Assembly: GCF_009914755.1 (NCBI RefSeq)
Contig: NC_060932.1
DNA from: the human T2T-CHM13v2.0 reference genome, Homo sapiens
DNA length: 64,000 nt
Reading direction: 5' to 3' (one strand)
Shown: positions 26,690 through 39,256 of the stretch, in pieces
Numbering within the stretch: the stretch's first letter is position 1
Layout of the letters: each line of letters begins with the position of its first letter
Translations under genes and position numbers: made by a program
The notes under the pieces: generated by a model
Told to the model about the DNA's origin: nothing
The model's database searches: none
What the model saw: only the letters and a program-made list of their open reading frames with translations

Positions 26690-27090
26690 CTGATGATAAG
26701 CAAAAGCTCTGTTATTGTTTACTTTGATAACTCAAACACTTTTAGTAGTGTCTCAGAGGGAGAAATACAGGATAAGAATTTTAGGGATTGAAAGTTTATT
26801 GTAAGACTTTTAATTCAGGGGCTTGATTAAGGTTGAATAAGAATTATGATGTAACAATTTACTGTTGATGGACACAGCAAGGTGAGAATTTTGAGATTCA
26901 AACAGCGGATAATACAAGCCAAAGTTTTCTTTCTGTGGAAAAGTTGATGCGCCTTTTAAGAAGTGAACAACCAAGTTATTTGCCTGGAAAAGTCTCCTGA
27001 AATACTGAAGTTATGCTAAAGAAGGTAAAAGAATGAAGTCTTAGTATAGGTAGCATAGTTGTGTATGGGAATAGATAGTTTCAGTTCTCA
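26690..27090 (-). mobile_element. Probable old LTR, family unresolved
   Basis: Right end 'gtttcagttctca' reads TGAGAACTGAAAC on the minus strand; LTR-like composition. Confidence 0.3.
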
Positions 27091-27721
27091 AAGGTCAAAC
27101 TGTATACGTGTTGGGTGAGTAGAGTGGATAGTTTCTGTTTGCTGATTATAATTGGTATATATTTTTTCCACCATTAGTTTCTCTTTACTACAGTCACTGT
27201 GTTTATTGAAAACTTACTAATATTTCCTATAGTTGTAGTTTTCTTATGACATCCATGAGCTGGCAATGACTCACTGTGGCTAATTTTTTTTTTTCAAATG
27301 AAACTCTTCATCTTAACTTTACTGCATATCAGAAACTGACAATAAATTAGACACCATTGAATCCTAATTTCTTGGCTAATCTTTCTATTCTTACCATTTT
27401 TTGTAAGGGGCATTGCCTTCCCAATATCCCTAATACATCTTTAATAATTGTGTTTCTCACCTCTTGTTTCTCTGTAATCTTTTGTCTTTATATACACATT
27501 TAGTGTGTTTATTTTCATGATTGAATATGTTTTACATTCAATCTGCAGAAAAATTCTATATATTTGGAGGATTTCTATAAACTTCTTATCCTAGCATAAG
27601 TTTTTTCAAATATTCTTGTAAGAAAAGCAGCCTTAACCAGTATAAAAGTCACTATCCTTTTAAGTTACACTCCTCTCAAAACAGATTATATATTGCCTTT
27701 CCCCTCCCAAGAAATGCAGTT

Positions 27722-27898
27722 TAAGATTTTACTACTCAAGCCTCAGTATAATATGATAGCCAGCAGCATTAACTTAACTTGGAAATTTGTTAGAAATGCG
27801 GAATCTCAGACTTCACCCCAGATCTATAGAATCAGAGTCCATATTTTGACAAGCCTCTCAGGTAATTTATATGCACATTAAAGCTCAGGAAGCACCAG
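27722..27898. mobile_element. MER5B/MER5A1 (hAT MITE)
   Basis: 'ccagcagcatt...ttgttagaaatgcggaatctcag...ccccagatcta..gaatcaga...tatgcacattaaag'. Confidence 0.85.
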
Positions 27899-28254
27899 CT
27901 TAAGTTATTTGCAGCATCTCTGAGGCAGTCTGCCTAACTGCATTAATAGTGAATTGGAATTAAATCCTCTTTATGAATTAGTAATTTGCTCCAGTCACAA
28001 TCACTTCTCTGTATGCTTCTGTTCACTTTTCAAAACACAGTGCCCATCTGGAATTTTCACTGTTTCAAACTTAGCAAAGATCTTATCTACCTGTAGTCAT
28101 ATGAGGTAAGGAAAGGACTTAGAAAGTGCTTCAACTCAGGTGGGCCTTAACTTCAAGGGTATATTCATTTTTCAGAAAAAAGAAATTTAATTTGACGACA
28201 TAAATTCATGAGAATGCTAGAAACTCCTGTTATTTTAATTTTAATAAATGTTAT

Positions 28255-28860
28255 TAAATAAGGAACCTCTGTCAGGAAAGATCTTCTTTAAAAATGGAAA
28301 TTTCAATTGAGATTTGAAATATAAATATGAATTACTCAGATGAAATAATCTGTGAGAGACATTAGAGCAGCATATTAGGCATAAAAAGAAACAGGACATG
28401 AAATTGTTGAAGTGTGAAGACTTGAAAGAATATGTAGTAGAATCTGATGCTTCCAAAACAATCTGATAAATATTGGTTGTCTCTTAAATTCATGTGAAAT
28501 TATTTGTCCTGTATTCTAAGAGAAACACAAGCAATGTCTTCAATTAGAATGCTATTGTGTCAGACCAGAGTAGTGACAAATTTTGTCTGGAATATTTGAA
28601 TTGTAGATTCAAGAAGACGCCTATTAATTACAGAATTATTTAGAAAGTGGATTCATTAGGACTTTTTGATTGAAAAATATAAAAAGAGAAGTAAAAGGAC
28701 ATAATAATTGTTGCTACATTTCGAATTTAGCGCAGAAAGTATAGAGCTGTCCTGCCCTCAACAAGACAACACAGGAGAAAAAAACAAAACTGAAGGAAAA
28801 GGATAAGTTCTGGTTTAGATATTTTGATTTCCATGTGAATATAAGACTTTCAGGCAAACT
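28255..28860 (-). mobile_element. Degenerate L2 fragments
   Basis: Purine-rich antisense L2 pattern ('tcaggaaagatctt..', 'gataagttctggtttagatatt'). Confidence 0.5.
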
Positions 28861-28871
28861 ATGCTACTTAT

Positions 28872-28877
28872 TCTCTC

Positions 28878-28939
<62 letters not shown>

Positions 28940-28942
28940 ACA
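28872..28942. repeat. (CT)n(CA)n microsatellite
   Basis: Direct reading. Confidence 0.95.
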
Positions 28943-30299
28943 AATGCATAAAATTTAACAGGTTGCTATTGTGTTGAGAAATATATTTGCAATAGAATAT
29001 CATTGGGGAGGATCTTAAATTGAATTTTACGCAATATTTGGGGGTAGCAGAATGGGGATATAATGGACAGGTGAGAAATCATAGACAGGAAGACAGATTA
29101 GAAGACTTTTTAGGCTATCTGGGAATTTGGAGGTTGTAGCTTAAAAAATGTTATCTGAGTATCAGTGCAAAAGAAGAGGAAGGGATCAGATAATATTTAT
29201 TTTTATTAAATGAGGGAATAAACGTGAGTGGAAAAATCCAGGATCGTGCCTGTGGTATGATAGGAACCACCACTATAAATCTTCCATTCTGAGCACCTAA
29301 AGATGTGTCTGCTTATTCTCTACCCTCAGATAAAGTTAGTAAACATCTGAAGGATTGTGGAGAGGAGGTTGGATGGGTCCTCAAATCTCAATTTTCTATA
29401 ATTTAGGTTCCAAATATACCTTGGACTATATTTTAAACCTTCAAGCTAATAACTTACTTAACACATTATGATTATGCATTTTCCACTCACTTTTACCCAT
29501 TTTATTTACTCCCTTTCCCCTCTATATTTTGATTTATTTATCAACTATCCTGACATTCTTACTCTTTGCTATTACCTTTTAGGATAAAAAAAAACTCAGA
29601 TATCCCCTACTACAAAAAGGAATTTCCTATATACATTCAAACAATAGCTACATGCTTCTCTCACTCTAAGGTTTGGTGGGTTCAGCTACAACTGGAATTT
29701 CTTCTGGTTCAAAGTGACTACTCCTCACCACAGTCCATAGAATCTCCGTATTTCCATGCTTACAACTCTCTCAAAGGTCATCAAATGTGTCCCAATCTTA
29801 ATATACAATCATGTTAGAACCATTTACTATTTATTCAAAAAAATGGGTAAACACAGAAAGGGTTGCAGGGTCATTTGGCAAAATAAGATATCTTGAAGAT
29901 GGGATATAAGACCCCAGAAATATTAAGAAACACATAACAAATCTGGTATCTATCTACATCTCATATAAGTTATTGAAAACAGATCTCCAAAACACTTCTA
30001 GAAATTAATGCTAGGTGAAGTGATTTTGAAGATTTATGTTCCCAGTTCTATGGTCATGTGTTAACATGTAAAGAGAATATTCATCATAGAAAATGTAGTG
30101 CTATGAGAGAATTTTGTGGAATTGTTGAAGACATATGTCCACATTTCTGCATGGTTAGGGTTTTCTGAGCAAATAAACTGAGAGCAGACTGGAAGGGCAA
30201 CTCTGGAGATTAAAACTGAATAGCAACCCGCAGAGAGCAAGAGACCTTCAGCAAAATTCAGAGTATTCAGCTCCCCTTAGAGCTATGTTTCATGTTATG

Positions 30300-30669
30300 A
30301 AGGGAGATACAACTCAGAGACATTCCTTTAAATTCCTCTTCTCTCCCCACAGAAGATTTACCTGTCTTAGGGAAATATGGTTTCTCTTCTTTTTTCAGGA
30401 GAAGAGAAAGGAAGCTGCAGTCCCTGTATAACTCCTAAATTTTTAATTTGGAGTTCCTCTTCTTCGATGCAACAATCTTTCTGCATGCACAGATCCATGT
30501 GGCACTCATCTCATCATTCTGAGGGAAGAAAGATGCATAGGGAATGTTGCATGTGGTTATTTCTGTAAGTATAGTAATCATAGTGTGCCTTTAATTCTGA
30601 AATCTTATGTTTGCTTTCAGGATAAAATAAATAAGTAAAAATATCAGAAACTTGTCAATCTTAAGACAT
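30300..30669 (+). mobile_element. Probable old ERVL LTR (MER74/MER73-like)
   Basis: 'gctgcagtccctgtataact..ggagttcctct..gatgcaac..tgcatgcacag', end 'taagaca'; family assignment weak. Confidence 0.3.
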
Positions 30670-30959
30670 CGGCTGGCCCCTCACTACACTTCATTGTCCT
30701 GAGATGGCAGAGGAGACAGAACACCAAACCTAGCTCTAGCTTTTGAGACTTTATTTTCAGCAGTTTACATTGATTGGTAACTGGTGTTTTGCCAGGTCCT
30801 CGAATAAGCTAAGCAACCGCGTCACAGGGCAAAATGACTCAGGCTTCTTTAAATAGTGAATTGATCTGCATATAAATATAAAGAAAAATACAATGAGAGG
30901 GGGGAATCTATCTTATTGGGTTATTATGGGTAGATAACCCTCTTTATTGCTATTTATTT

Positions 30960-31195
30960 TTAACAAACACATACTTTGTGCTATGTTCAAAGCATTTTTA
31001 CAAACTCTTTTCAAGTATCAACGCATTGAATGTGTACAGAAGTCCTATTAGGTTGATTTTTAAAAATTATTTTCATTTACAGATAAGAAAACGTACCTTC
31101 AGAGGGGCTTACTCTCTTGTCCATTACACCATTTTAAAGTGGCAGAGCATGATTCTAAACCAGGTTTTCTGGCTGTAGAATCCACACTTCTCTCT
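30960..31195 (-). mobile_element. MIR
   Basis: 'catttacagataagaaaac...aagtggcagagcatgattctaaaccagg..tctggctgtagaatcc'. Confidence 0.8.
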
Positions 31196-31546
31196 GCTTC
31201 AAGATGCTCCCTTGTGGTTGCTTAACTGTATTGTTTTAGAGTCTTGACTTTTATGGGGACTTCCCTACAATTTCAACTAAAAATATTCTATATATTATTG
31301 GTGTGAAGTTTAGTTCTTATACTTAAGAAGGTTAAATTCTGGCTATTAATATTGTTAGAGATTTTTGTCTCTAAACAATTTAAAGATTGCTATTAAGAGA
31401 ATATACTGTACTAAAATGTTTGTTCCTTATACTTCTTTTTTCATAAAATAAAAAAGTAGCACTTAATGTTGAAAATATGTAAAGCTCAAGAAGAATGGAG
31501 GATAAATCTAAGGATACAGAAACCTGTTCAAGAAAAAATATTTTCT

Positions 31547-31846
31547 GGCCGGGCGCGGTGTCTCACGCCTGTAATCCCAGCACTTTGGTCGGCTGACGGG
31601 GTCAGATCACCTGAGAACAGGAGTTCTAGACCAGACTGGTCAACGTAGTGAAACCCTGTCCCTACTAAAAATACAAAAATTAGCCAGATGTGGTGGCACA
31701 CGCCTGCAGTCCTAGCTACTCAGGAGGCTGAGGCAGAAGAATCGCTTGAACCTGGGGGGCAGAGGTTGCAATGAACTGAGATCGCATCACTGCACTCCAG
31801 CCTGGGTGACAGAGCAAGACTCCGTCTCAAAAAAAAAAAAAAAAAA
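31547..31846 (+). mobile_element. AluSx
   Basis: Full-length dimer with 'gatcacctgag' and poly-A; degenerate TSD agaaaaaatattttct / agagaaaattttcc. Confidence 0.95.
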
Positions 31847-31952
31847 AGAGAGAAAATTTTCCGACGCATTTACTGTGTTCTGTAAATTTCTTAGATTTAT
31901 TCATCTCAATTCAGACACCCCAAATTCTTATATGTCCCAGACTGTTTCAGTT

Positions 31953-32088
31953 ACAGTGACCATTTGCTTTTATTATTATAACTAGGACACATTTGAGAGT
32001 GTAAAGGTATGTGATTAACAATCATGCTTTGATAACAGGCATGAACAAGATAATCTTGCTAAACCTGGGAGTCTCTTGGTCAAACTGT
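31953..32088. mobile_element. MER81 (hAT-Blackjack MITE)
   Basis: 'gtgaccat...ggacacatttgagagtgtaaagg..attaacaatcatgc..gataacaggcatgaac...ggtca'. Confidence 0.65.
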
Positions 32089-32536
32089 GACTGACGGTTA
32101 AGCTGGTGAAGTATCCTTGGGTCTGGAGTCTTAAGAGATCTCTGAGTCTTCCAAGTGGCCCCCATAATATGATGGAGTAAAAATGTCTACCTGTGATGAT
32201 ACAGGAGTTCTGAAGACATTGGGAGAGTATTTCTTAATGTAGAACATGCATTGCAAAACCCATTAGCACTTTTTACATTTTTTTCAAGAAAAGGAATTCA
32301 GAACTGAAATACCATTTTATTTATTCCAGTGACTTTAGGGCATTATGATAGAAGTGAATACTGCTTACTTGCCTTTTCAGTTTGAGATTTAACAATCTCC
32401 CATACCCCAAGCATATTGGGAGTGTATGGAAAGGACACTAATTCTAATATACATAATGAAACATTACAAACTGTAGTCACACATCTTTATCACTGCAAGC
32501 CTTATTTGCATTTGGAACACTAAAAAAATTTAGAAT

Positions 32537-32749
32537 TTTCTTTTTTTTAATTATACTTTAAGTTTTAGGGTACATGTGCACAATGTGCAGGTTAGTTACA
32601 TATGTATACATGTGCCATGTTGGTGTGCTGCACCCAGTAACTCGTCATTTAACATTAGGTATATCTCCAAATGCTATCCCTCCCCCTTCCCCCCTCCTCC
32701 CTCCCCCTACCCCACAACAGGCCCTGGTGTGTGATGTTCCCCTCCCTGT
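32537..32749 (-). mobile_element. Short L1PA (PA4/PA5-like) 3' end
   Basis: 'attatactttaagttttagggtacatgtgcacaatgtgcaggttagttacatatgtatacatgtgccatgttggtgtgctgcaccc'. Confidence 0.95.
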
Positions 32750-33506
32750 AAGAAAACGAAATATTTGGAATTCACTTTCCTCTCATGGTGATGAAAAAAT
32801 ATCTTAGTTATCACATGAAATTACTAAGGAAGTAGGGAAATGAAAAGCCAATACATATCATTAATTATGTTACACTAACTGTCTGTGAAAGGCTTTTGCT
32901 GTGCATCCAACATAAAGAGCCTAAACAGCAATTCCTCAAATAATCAAACAGACTTGTAAATAAATTAACTGCCTTCTAGAATAATGTCTCCAACAATCTT
33001 TAAAGTAATACAACAGAATCTGAGACTCATGTCAACAATGTACAATTAGCATTTTAGATAAAACAATAAAAAATTACAAGGCATGTAAAAAAGAAGAAAA
33101 TGTGACAAATATTTTATTTCTAGGAAACAAAAAGAAATGACAGATGTGATGGAAGTCATAGGAAGTAATCTTAAAAAGGTTATAACTATTTTACAAATGT
33201 TCAACTAGTCAAAGGAAAACATGAATATAATAATGAAACAAATGGACACTCAAATAGCAATTCTAGACATTAAAATTAATAGCTAAGGTAAAATTTCTGT
33301 GGATGGAATTGACAGCAAATTAATGCAGAAGAAATAAAATTATTGACATTGAAAACAGAAAACAAAGCCTATCCAAAATGAAACAGAGGGAAACAATAGA
33401 TAATGAATAGAGTCATAACAATTGTAAAATTACGGTATGTTTTCAAAATATGATAAACACTACAAGACTACTGTTTAAAGATGAACAGATCTAAGCAGAA
33501 TAAATA

Positions 33507-33846
33507 CAGAAGTGCCCGCTTATCTGCAAGGGATACATTCTAAGACTCTCAGTGGATGCCTGAAACCATAGATAGTACCAAACCCTATATAGACTATGTT
33601 TTGTTCTGTACTTACTGCACATACCTATAATAAAGTTCATTTTATTAATTAGGCACAGTAAGAGATTAATAATAGTCACCAATATAATAAAACTATTATA
33701 ACAATATACTATAATAGAATGTCTGTGAATGTGGTCAGTCTCTCTCAAAATATCTTACTATACTTTACTTAGCTCCTTTTGGACTGCTGTTGGCTTCAAG
33801 TAACCAGAATCACACAATCAAAACTGCAGATAAGAGGGAACTACTG
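33507..33846 (-). mobile_element. MER44A (Tigger7-derived MITE)
   Basis: TIRs 'cagaagtgcccgcttatctgca' / 'tgcagataagagggaactactg'; TA TSDs; 340 bp. Confidence 0.9.
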
Positions 33847-33857
33847 TAATCACCTAT

Positions 33858-33904
<47 letters not shown>

Positions 33905-33908
33905 ACAA
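33858..33908. repeat. (CT)n(CA)n microsatellite
   Basis: Direct reading. Confidence 0.95.
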
Positions 33909-35855
33909 GATGTATCATTAGGTGACAAGAAAACAGCTATAAAGAGAATAACATAAAAATCACCAAGGAAGTGGGGAGAGACATTATAAACAAAAGAAGA
34001 ATGATTAAAATTAATGATAGCAGAATGAATGCATAATCTGTGCAAATTGCATGACTGTTAAGCAGCTTTATGACACAAGAAAAAAAAGTATGCTAAACTA
34101 AATTTTTTAATCAAGGAAAAATATACTTTTTAAAAAGGTGAAATTTAAAGACAATTATATTTGAGAGTATGCATTACTAGCAAACTTATACTATAACACA
34201 AGATAAATATTTTAGACCAAATAAAAATGGTAACAGATAGCAATGTGGATTTACCTAAATAAAGGAAACTAGAAATTGAAAACATGTAGGAAAAAATAAA
34301 AGACATTATCTTATTTTTTATTTACTTTATTTTTAAAATTTTATCTTATTTTTGTGAAATAAAATTTTATCTTATTTTCTTTGATGGTTTACAGCAAAAT
34401 ATTATTACTGTATTGCATTGTGGTATATAGAAAAGTAAAAGGTATAATTATAATAGCAAAAAGGATTACAGGGGAGAAATGGAAATACATAGTTCTAAAG
34501 GTGTTAAAAATATATTAATCTATAAAATGATATTTAAGAGATGTAAAAGTTTAAAAAATATACTGTAAATTCATTGTTTTATTAAATAATAATAGATATC
34601 TAACTAGAAGAGATAAAGTGGAATGCTGAAAAGTTCTCTATTATTTAAAAGAAACTAGAAAACAAAGAGGGAAAGGATTTAATGATTACAAATTAAGTAG
34701 CAAAATGGAAGAACTAAGCCCAACCATATTAATAATTAAATATAAAAGGGCTAAGCTTACCAATTTAAATAAATACATTGTAAGACTGCGTAAAAAAGCA
34801 AGATCCAACTATATGCTGTCAACATGAAAGTCATTTAAATATAAGAATAAATTATATCTTGTATAGAAAGATAGATTAAAATTAGTATGAGAGGAAGAGC
34901 TATATTATGCAAATCACAGACATAAAAACTGACGTGCCTATGTTACAATGAGACCAGGTAAACTTCCAAACATGAAACCTTACCAGAAATAGAGAGAAAT
35001 TTCATGGGTAAATTCATCAAAAGGAAATAACAACGATAAAGATGAAAGAGCTTTAAAATACTTACACAAATCTTGACAAAGCTAAGAAGAGAATAGATAA
35101 ATCCACAATTACCGGTGGAGATTTCAACACTTATGTTTTAGTAATTGACAGTAGACACAAAATCAAAAAAGATATAAGAGACTTGAACAACAGTGTCCAC
35201 CAATAACACTTAATTTATATTTACAGAACGACACACACACATACGGACAAAGAAACTGCAGAGTATACATCTTTTTCAAGTTCAAACGGATATTCACCAA
35301 GATAGATTATATATTGGACAATAAAACAACCCTTAATATACTTAAGAGGACTGAAATTACATAGCATATGTTATCTTTCGTCACTGGATTTAAATTAGAT
35401 ACCAATAATGGAAAGGTATCTGGAATAGTCCAAATGATTAAAAATTAAGCAATGGATTTTATGTAAATTATGGGTAGAAATTTGAAAATAAGTAAATAAA
35501 ATACATTATATCAAAATATGTGAGACACAACTAAAGCAATTGTTGAGGACATTTTGGACCTTTAAATGTTTATATTAGAAAAGAAGAAAAGTTAAAAATC
35601 ACTTAACTAAGGTTCTACCTTAAGAAGTTAGAAAAAGGACAGCAACATAAACTCAAAGTGAATATATAGTAAGAAATACTAAAAATAATTGTGAAACTAA
35701 TGAAAAAGAAAATGTAAAACATAATATAATATCAGTAAAACCAAAAATAGTTTATTTGAAAAGATCAAGATGATAAATGTTTATACCAACCAAGAAGAAA
35801 TAGACATAAATTAACATATGGAATAAGAGAGGAAACATCAATACATATCCTACAC

Positions 35856-36501
35856 CTGGGGTCACCAACCCCTGGACCAAGGACTGGTATTGGTCCATGG
35901 CCTGTTAGGAACCAGGCTGCACAGAACGAGGTGAGCAGCGGGAGGGTGAGCATTTCTGCTTGAGCTCCACCTCCTGTTAGATGAGCTGTATCACTAGATT
36001 CTCATAGGAAAGCGAACCCTATTGTGAACCGCACATGTGATGGATCTAGGTTGCATGCTCCTTATAAGAATCTAATGCTGGCTGGGCACGGTGGCTCATG
36101 CCTGTAATCCCAGCACTTTGGGAGGCCAAGGTGGGTGGATCACAAGGTCGAGATAATGGCCTGGCCAACATGGTGAAACCCCGTCTCTACTAAAAATACA
36201 AAAATTAGCTGGGCGTGGTGGTGCACACATGTAGTCCCAGCTACTCAGGAGGTTGAAGCAGAAGAATCGTTTGAACCAGGGAGGCGGAGGTTGTACTGAG
36301 CCGAGATCACGCCACTGCACTCCAGCCTGGCGACAGAGCGAGATTCCGTCAAAGAAAAAAAAAGAAAGAAAAGAAAAAAGGATCTAATGCGCTGAGGTGA
36401 AACAGCTTCATCCCATCCCAAAACTATCCTCACTCCCCATCTGTGGAAAAATTGTCTTCACAGAAACTGGTCCCTGGTGCCAAAAAGTTTGGGGACTGCT
36501 G
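35856..36501 (+). mobile_element. MER1B (hAT-Charlie MITE) containing an Alu
   Basis: TIRs 'ctggggtcaccaacc' / 'gtttggggactgctg'; perfect 8-bp TSD tcctacac (35848-35855 / 36502-36509). Confidence 0.92.
36080..36377 (+). mobile_element. AluS (Sc-like) nested in MER1B
   Basis: 'ccagcctggcgacagagcg'; altered B-box region 'aggtcgagataatggcctgg'; TSD aagaatctaatgc / aaggatctaatgc. Confidence 0.93.
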
Positions 36502-36665
36502 TCCTACACAATTTAATAGAAAGAAAAATGTTATGTCAATACATTCAACAACTTAGGTAAATGTGTCAAATAGTTTAAATAACCTATTTAAATTGAATCA
36601 AGAAAAAAGAAAATCTGAATAGCCCCGTGCTAAAAGACATTGAATTCAGAATTAAATATTCCCAC

Positions 36666-37260
36666 TGTATTTTTCTATCTTTGCTGTAACAAATTACTAC
36701 AGACTTAGTGGCTTAAAACAGTACCCACTTATTATCTGACAGTTCTACAATTCAGAAGTCCGGGCAGCCTCTGCTTGTACTCTCTTCGGGTCTCACAATA
36801 CCTAAATCAAGGTGTCAACTGACTAAGTTCTTGTCTGGAGACTCTGGGGAACAATCAATCGCATTGTGTGTGCATTTAGTTTGTTGGTGGAATTCTGTTC
36901 TGTGGCATTGTAGGTCTGAAGTTCCTGTTTCCTTGCTAGATGTCAGTGAGAGGTCATTCTCAGCTTTCACAGGTCAGTGAGAGGTCATTGTCACCCACAT
37001 TCTTTGACTTGTGGTCCCCTCCATCTTCAAAGTCAGCATGGAAATATAAAATCCTTCTCATACTTTGAATCTCCCTGACTTCCTTTTATATAGCTGCTTT
37101 CTGCTTTTAAAGGTTCATGTGATTATATCAGACTCACCCCAATAAAAAGGTAAACTCTTTAGTCACCTTAATAAGATCTGTAAAGTCCGTTGTGTTATTT
37201 AATGTAACATATTCACAGGAGTAACACCAGAGGATAGAGGACACTGTTTTGACTCCCACA
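36666..37260 (-). mobile_element. MLT1E-type MaLR solo LTR
   Basis: 'tgtatt..ctat..tgctgtaacaaattactacagacttagtggcttaaaaca...ccatcttcaaag'; 5-bp TSD cccac / accac; host L1 resumes afterwards. Confidence 0.85.
36971..36987 (+). promoter_or_regulatory. Perfect DR5 nuclear-receptor motif (candidate RARE)
   Basis: AGGTCA-gtgag-AGGTCA read directly; function untested. Confidence 0.5.
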
Positions 37261-38129
37261 ACCACAAAGAAAAGAAAATTGTAGGTCCAGATGGCTTAAA
37301 GACATCTTTATGCTTCCGATATGTGCATTTAGGAAAGGAGCCTCTGATGTGCTCTGATAATCCATGAAAGGGGCTCCTAGTATCCCAAGACAGCCTCTTT
37401 AGGTGTGTCAGATAGAGCATGGAGAAATACAGGTGAAAGCCTTGGCAGGAAAAAAAAATGCTTAGAGACGTTAGCTGCTCCAAGTGAAGAAGTTTCTTAA
37501 ATGACAGTGTCAGTTAAGATTTATCCTGAAGGCTATGGAAATCAACCATAGGATATAGACTTTCCAGAGTACTATGGGATTGCAAAGAAGGAGAGAGTGA
37601 TGAATCCAAGATAAAGCCAGTGAGATCATTGATAAGATAATTGAATTTATTACTTAAAGATGGGAAAATATTGCCAGATTGAAGTTGGAGAAATAACTGG
37701 TTTTTGAGGAGTCTATCTTAGTGAATTATAGAACAAATTAAATAAACTTTGGTTATTATTTGAAGTTAAACAAATGCACTAGATTGCCTTATTCAGACCA
37801 AAACATATCCAGTTTGAAGACTGTGAAAAAGTTGTTTTCAGTATTTTCTTTGTAAAGAGGGATCATGTATTAGGACCTTTTACAGACATATTTCCAAAGA
37901 ACATTGAAAAATTTTATTGATTTCATTCCATGTTTACCACACAGTTTTCTTATTTTTTTCTTTTGGATTTTCTATGTACACTGGTAACAGGAAAGGTGTG
38001 TTTGTTTAGCAAGGATGTGTTATGTTTCCTTGAAAGTAGAAATGGTAGCATCCCGTCAACAAATGTCATTCCACACAATGTCTATTGTGCTTATTGGGAT
38101 CAATTTAGTTTCTGTAAATCATAGTGGAA

Positions 38130-38545
38130 TATAGTCTGTTATTTTTCTTCTAAAAAGCTTAGAGTTTTAAATTTAACACATAAGTATATGATCAAATTTA
38201 ATATTATAGGTGGTATAAGGTAAAGATCGAGGCTAATTTATTTTCCATACAGATTATCAGTTGTTCCAAATCTAGTTGTAAAAAAGACTTTTTTTCCTAT
38301 TAAATTACCTTGTATTTTTGTTAAAAATAAACTGACCACAGGTAGGATAATTTCTTTTCCATTAATCTAAATTTCTATATTATAAAAATAACACTCTGCC
38401 TAATTAACTATATCTTTATTGTAAGTTTTGAAAGTAGAAGTCCTCCAACTCTGTTTTCTTATTTCTAAAACTGAATTAGCTTTCTAGATCTCTTACAATA
38501 CCATATAAATTTTTGAATCAGCTTGGCAATTCCTAAAAAAGATCC
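38130..38545 (-). mobile_element. Old L1M ORF2 fragment
   Basis: 'ttttcttctaaaaagcttagagtttta', 'ccatataaatttttgaatcagcttggcaatt'. Confidence 0.75.
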
Positions 38546-39236
38546 ATGTATATCTTTCAGTTTCTCAATCAAAATTAATATCACTCCTCTAATCTCTGCT
38601 GAATTATGGTTTTTACCTCTATCATAACACTTAAATTTCTATATAAAGTATGTAGTGTTTCCTATTTTTACTGTCTTCTAAAAATTGTATTGTACGTAGT
38701 TGGCCCCAAAAAAGGGTTAGATCAGATCCATCTTCATTAAAATAGCATGAAGCTATTCTTAAGAAAGAGAAAAAAGTTTTAGTATATTTCTTACTTTGCT
38801 GTGCATTATAATTCTTAAACAATTTTTTTTAACAATTTGAGACTTTACAATTATTTCAAATATAAGCTAACTAGAGTAATGATAATTTTGGAATATGGTT
38901 CTAAAATATATCTAGTATACGTTTTACATTCTGATTTCACTAATGTAATTCAGTGTATTTCCACTGTGATTATTTTAGCCACTTACTCACTGATCTTCAA
39001 TACACGCAGTCTCAGCACTACCACCATCTGTTACTACCATTACCACCTCTCAATCACATTTTTTCACACATTCCCCTTGGCAACACTGTATACTGACCTA
39101 AAGTACTTAACTCATTTTTTTTTTGTCTGCTAGGAAGGCCTCTTTTTAATTGTAAAGTATCTCACACATCATCTCTAACAGTCTGAGATTAATTTCCTAC
39201 AATAATTACACAGAATAATTTGTAGTCAGGGCCTGC

Positions 39237-39256
39237 AAAAAAAAAAAAAAAAAAAA
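39237..39256. repeat. Isolated poly(A) tract
   Basis: About 20 A with no recognisable retroelement body upstream. Confidence 0.9.

Larger units (their letters stand above)
32870..37296 (+). mobile_element. Old L1M (ORF1 and 5' ORF2), interrupted by MER44A, MER1B+Alu and MLT1E
   Basis: 'aaaagcaagatccaactatatgctgtc', 'ggagatttcaacac', 'attcaccaagatagatta', 'tttgaaaagatcaa'; final piece 'aggtccagatggctt'. Confidence 0.85.

Noticed and set aside
34305-34380. Triplicated ttatcttatttt unit
   Set aside because: It is AT-rich slippage within the old L1 with nothing to suggest function.
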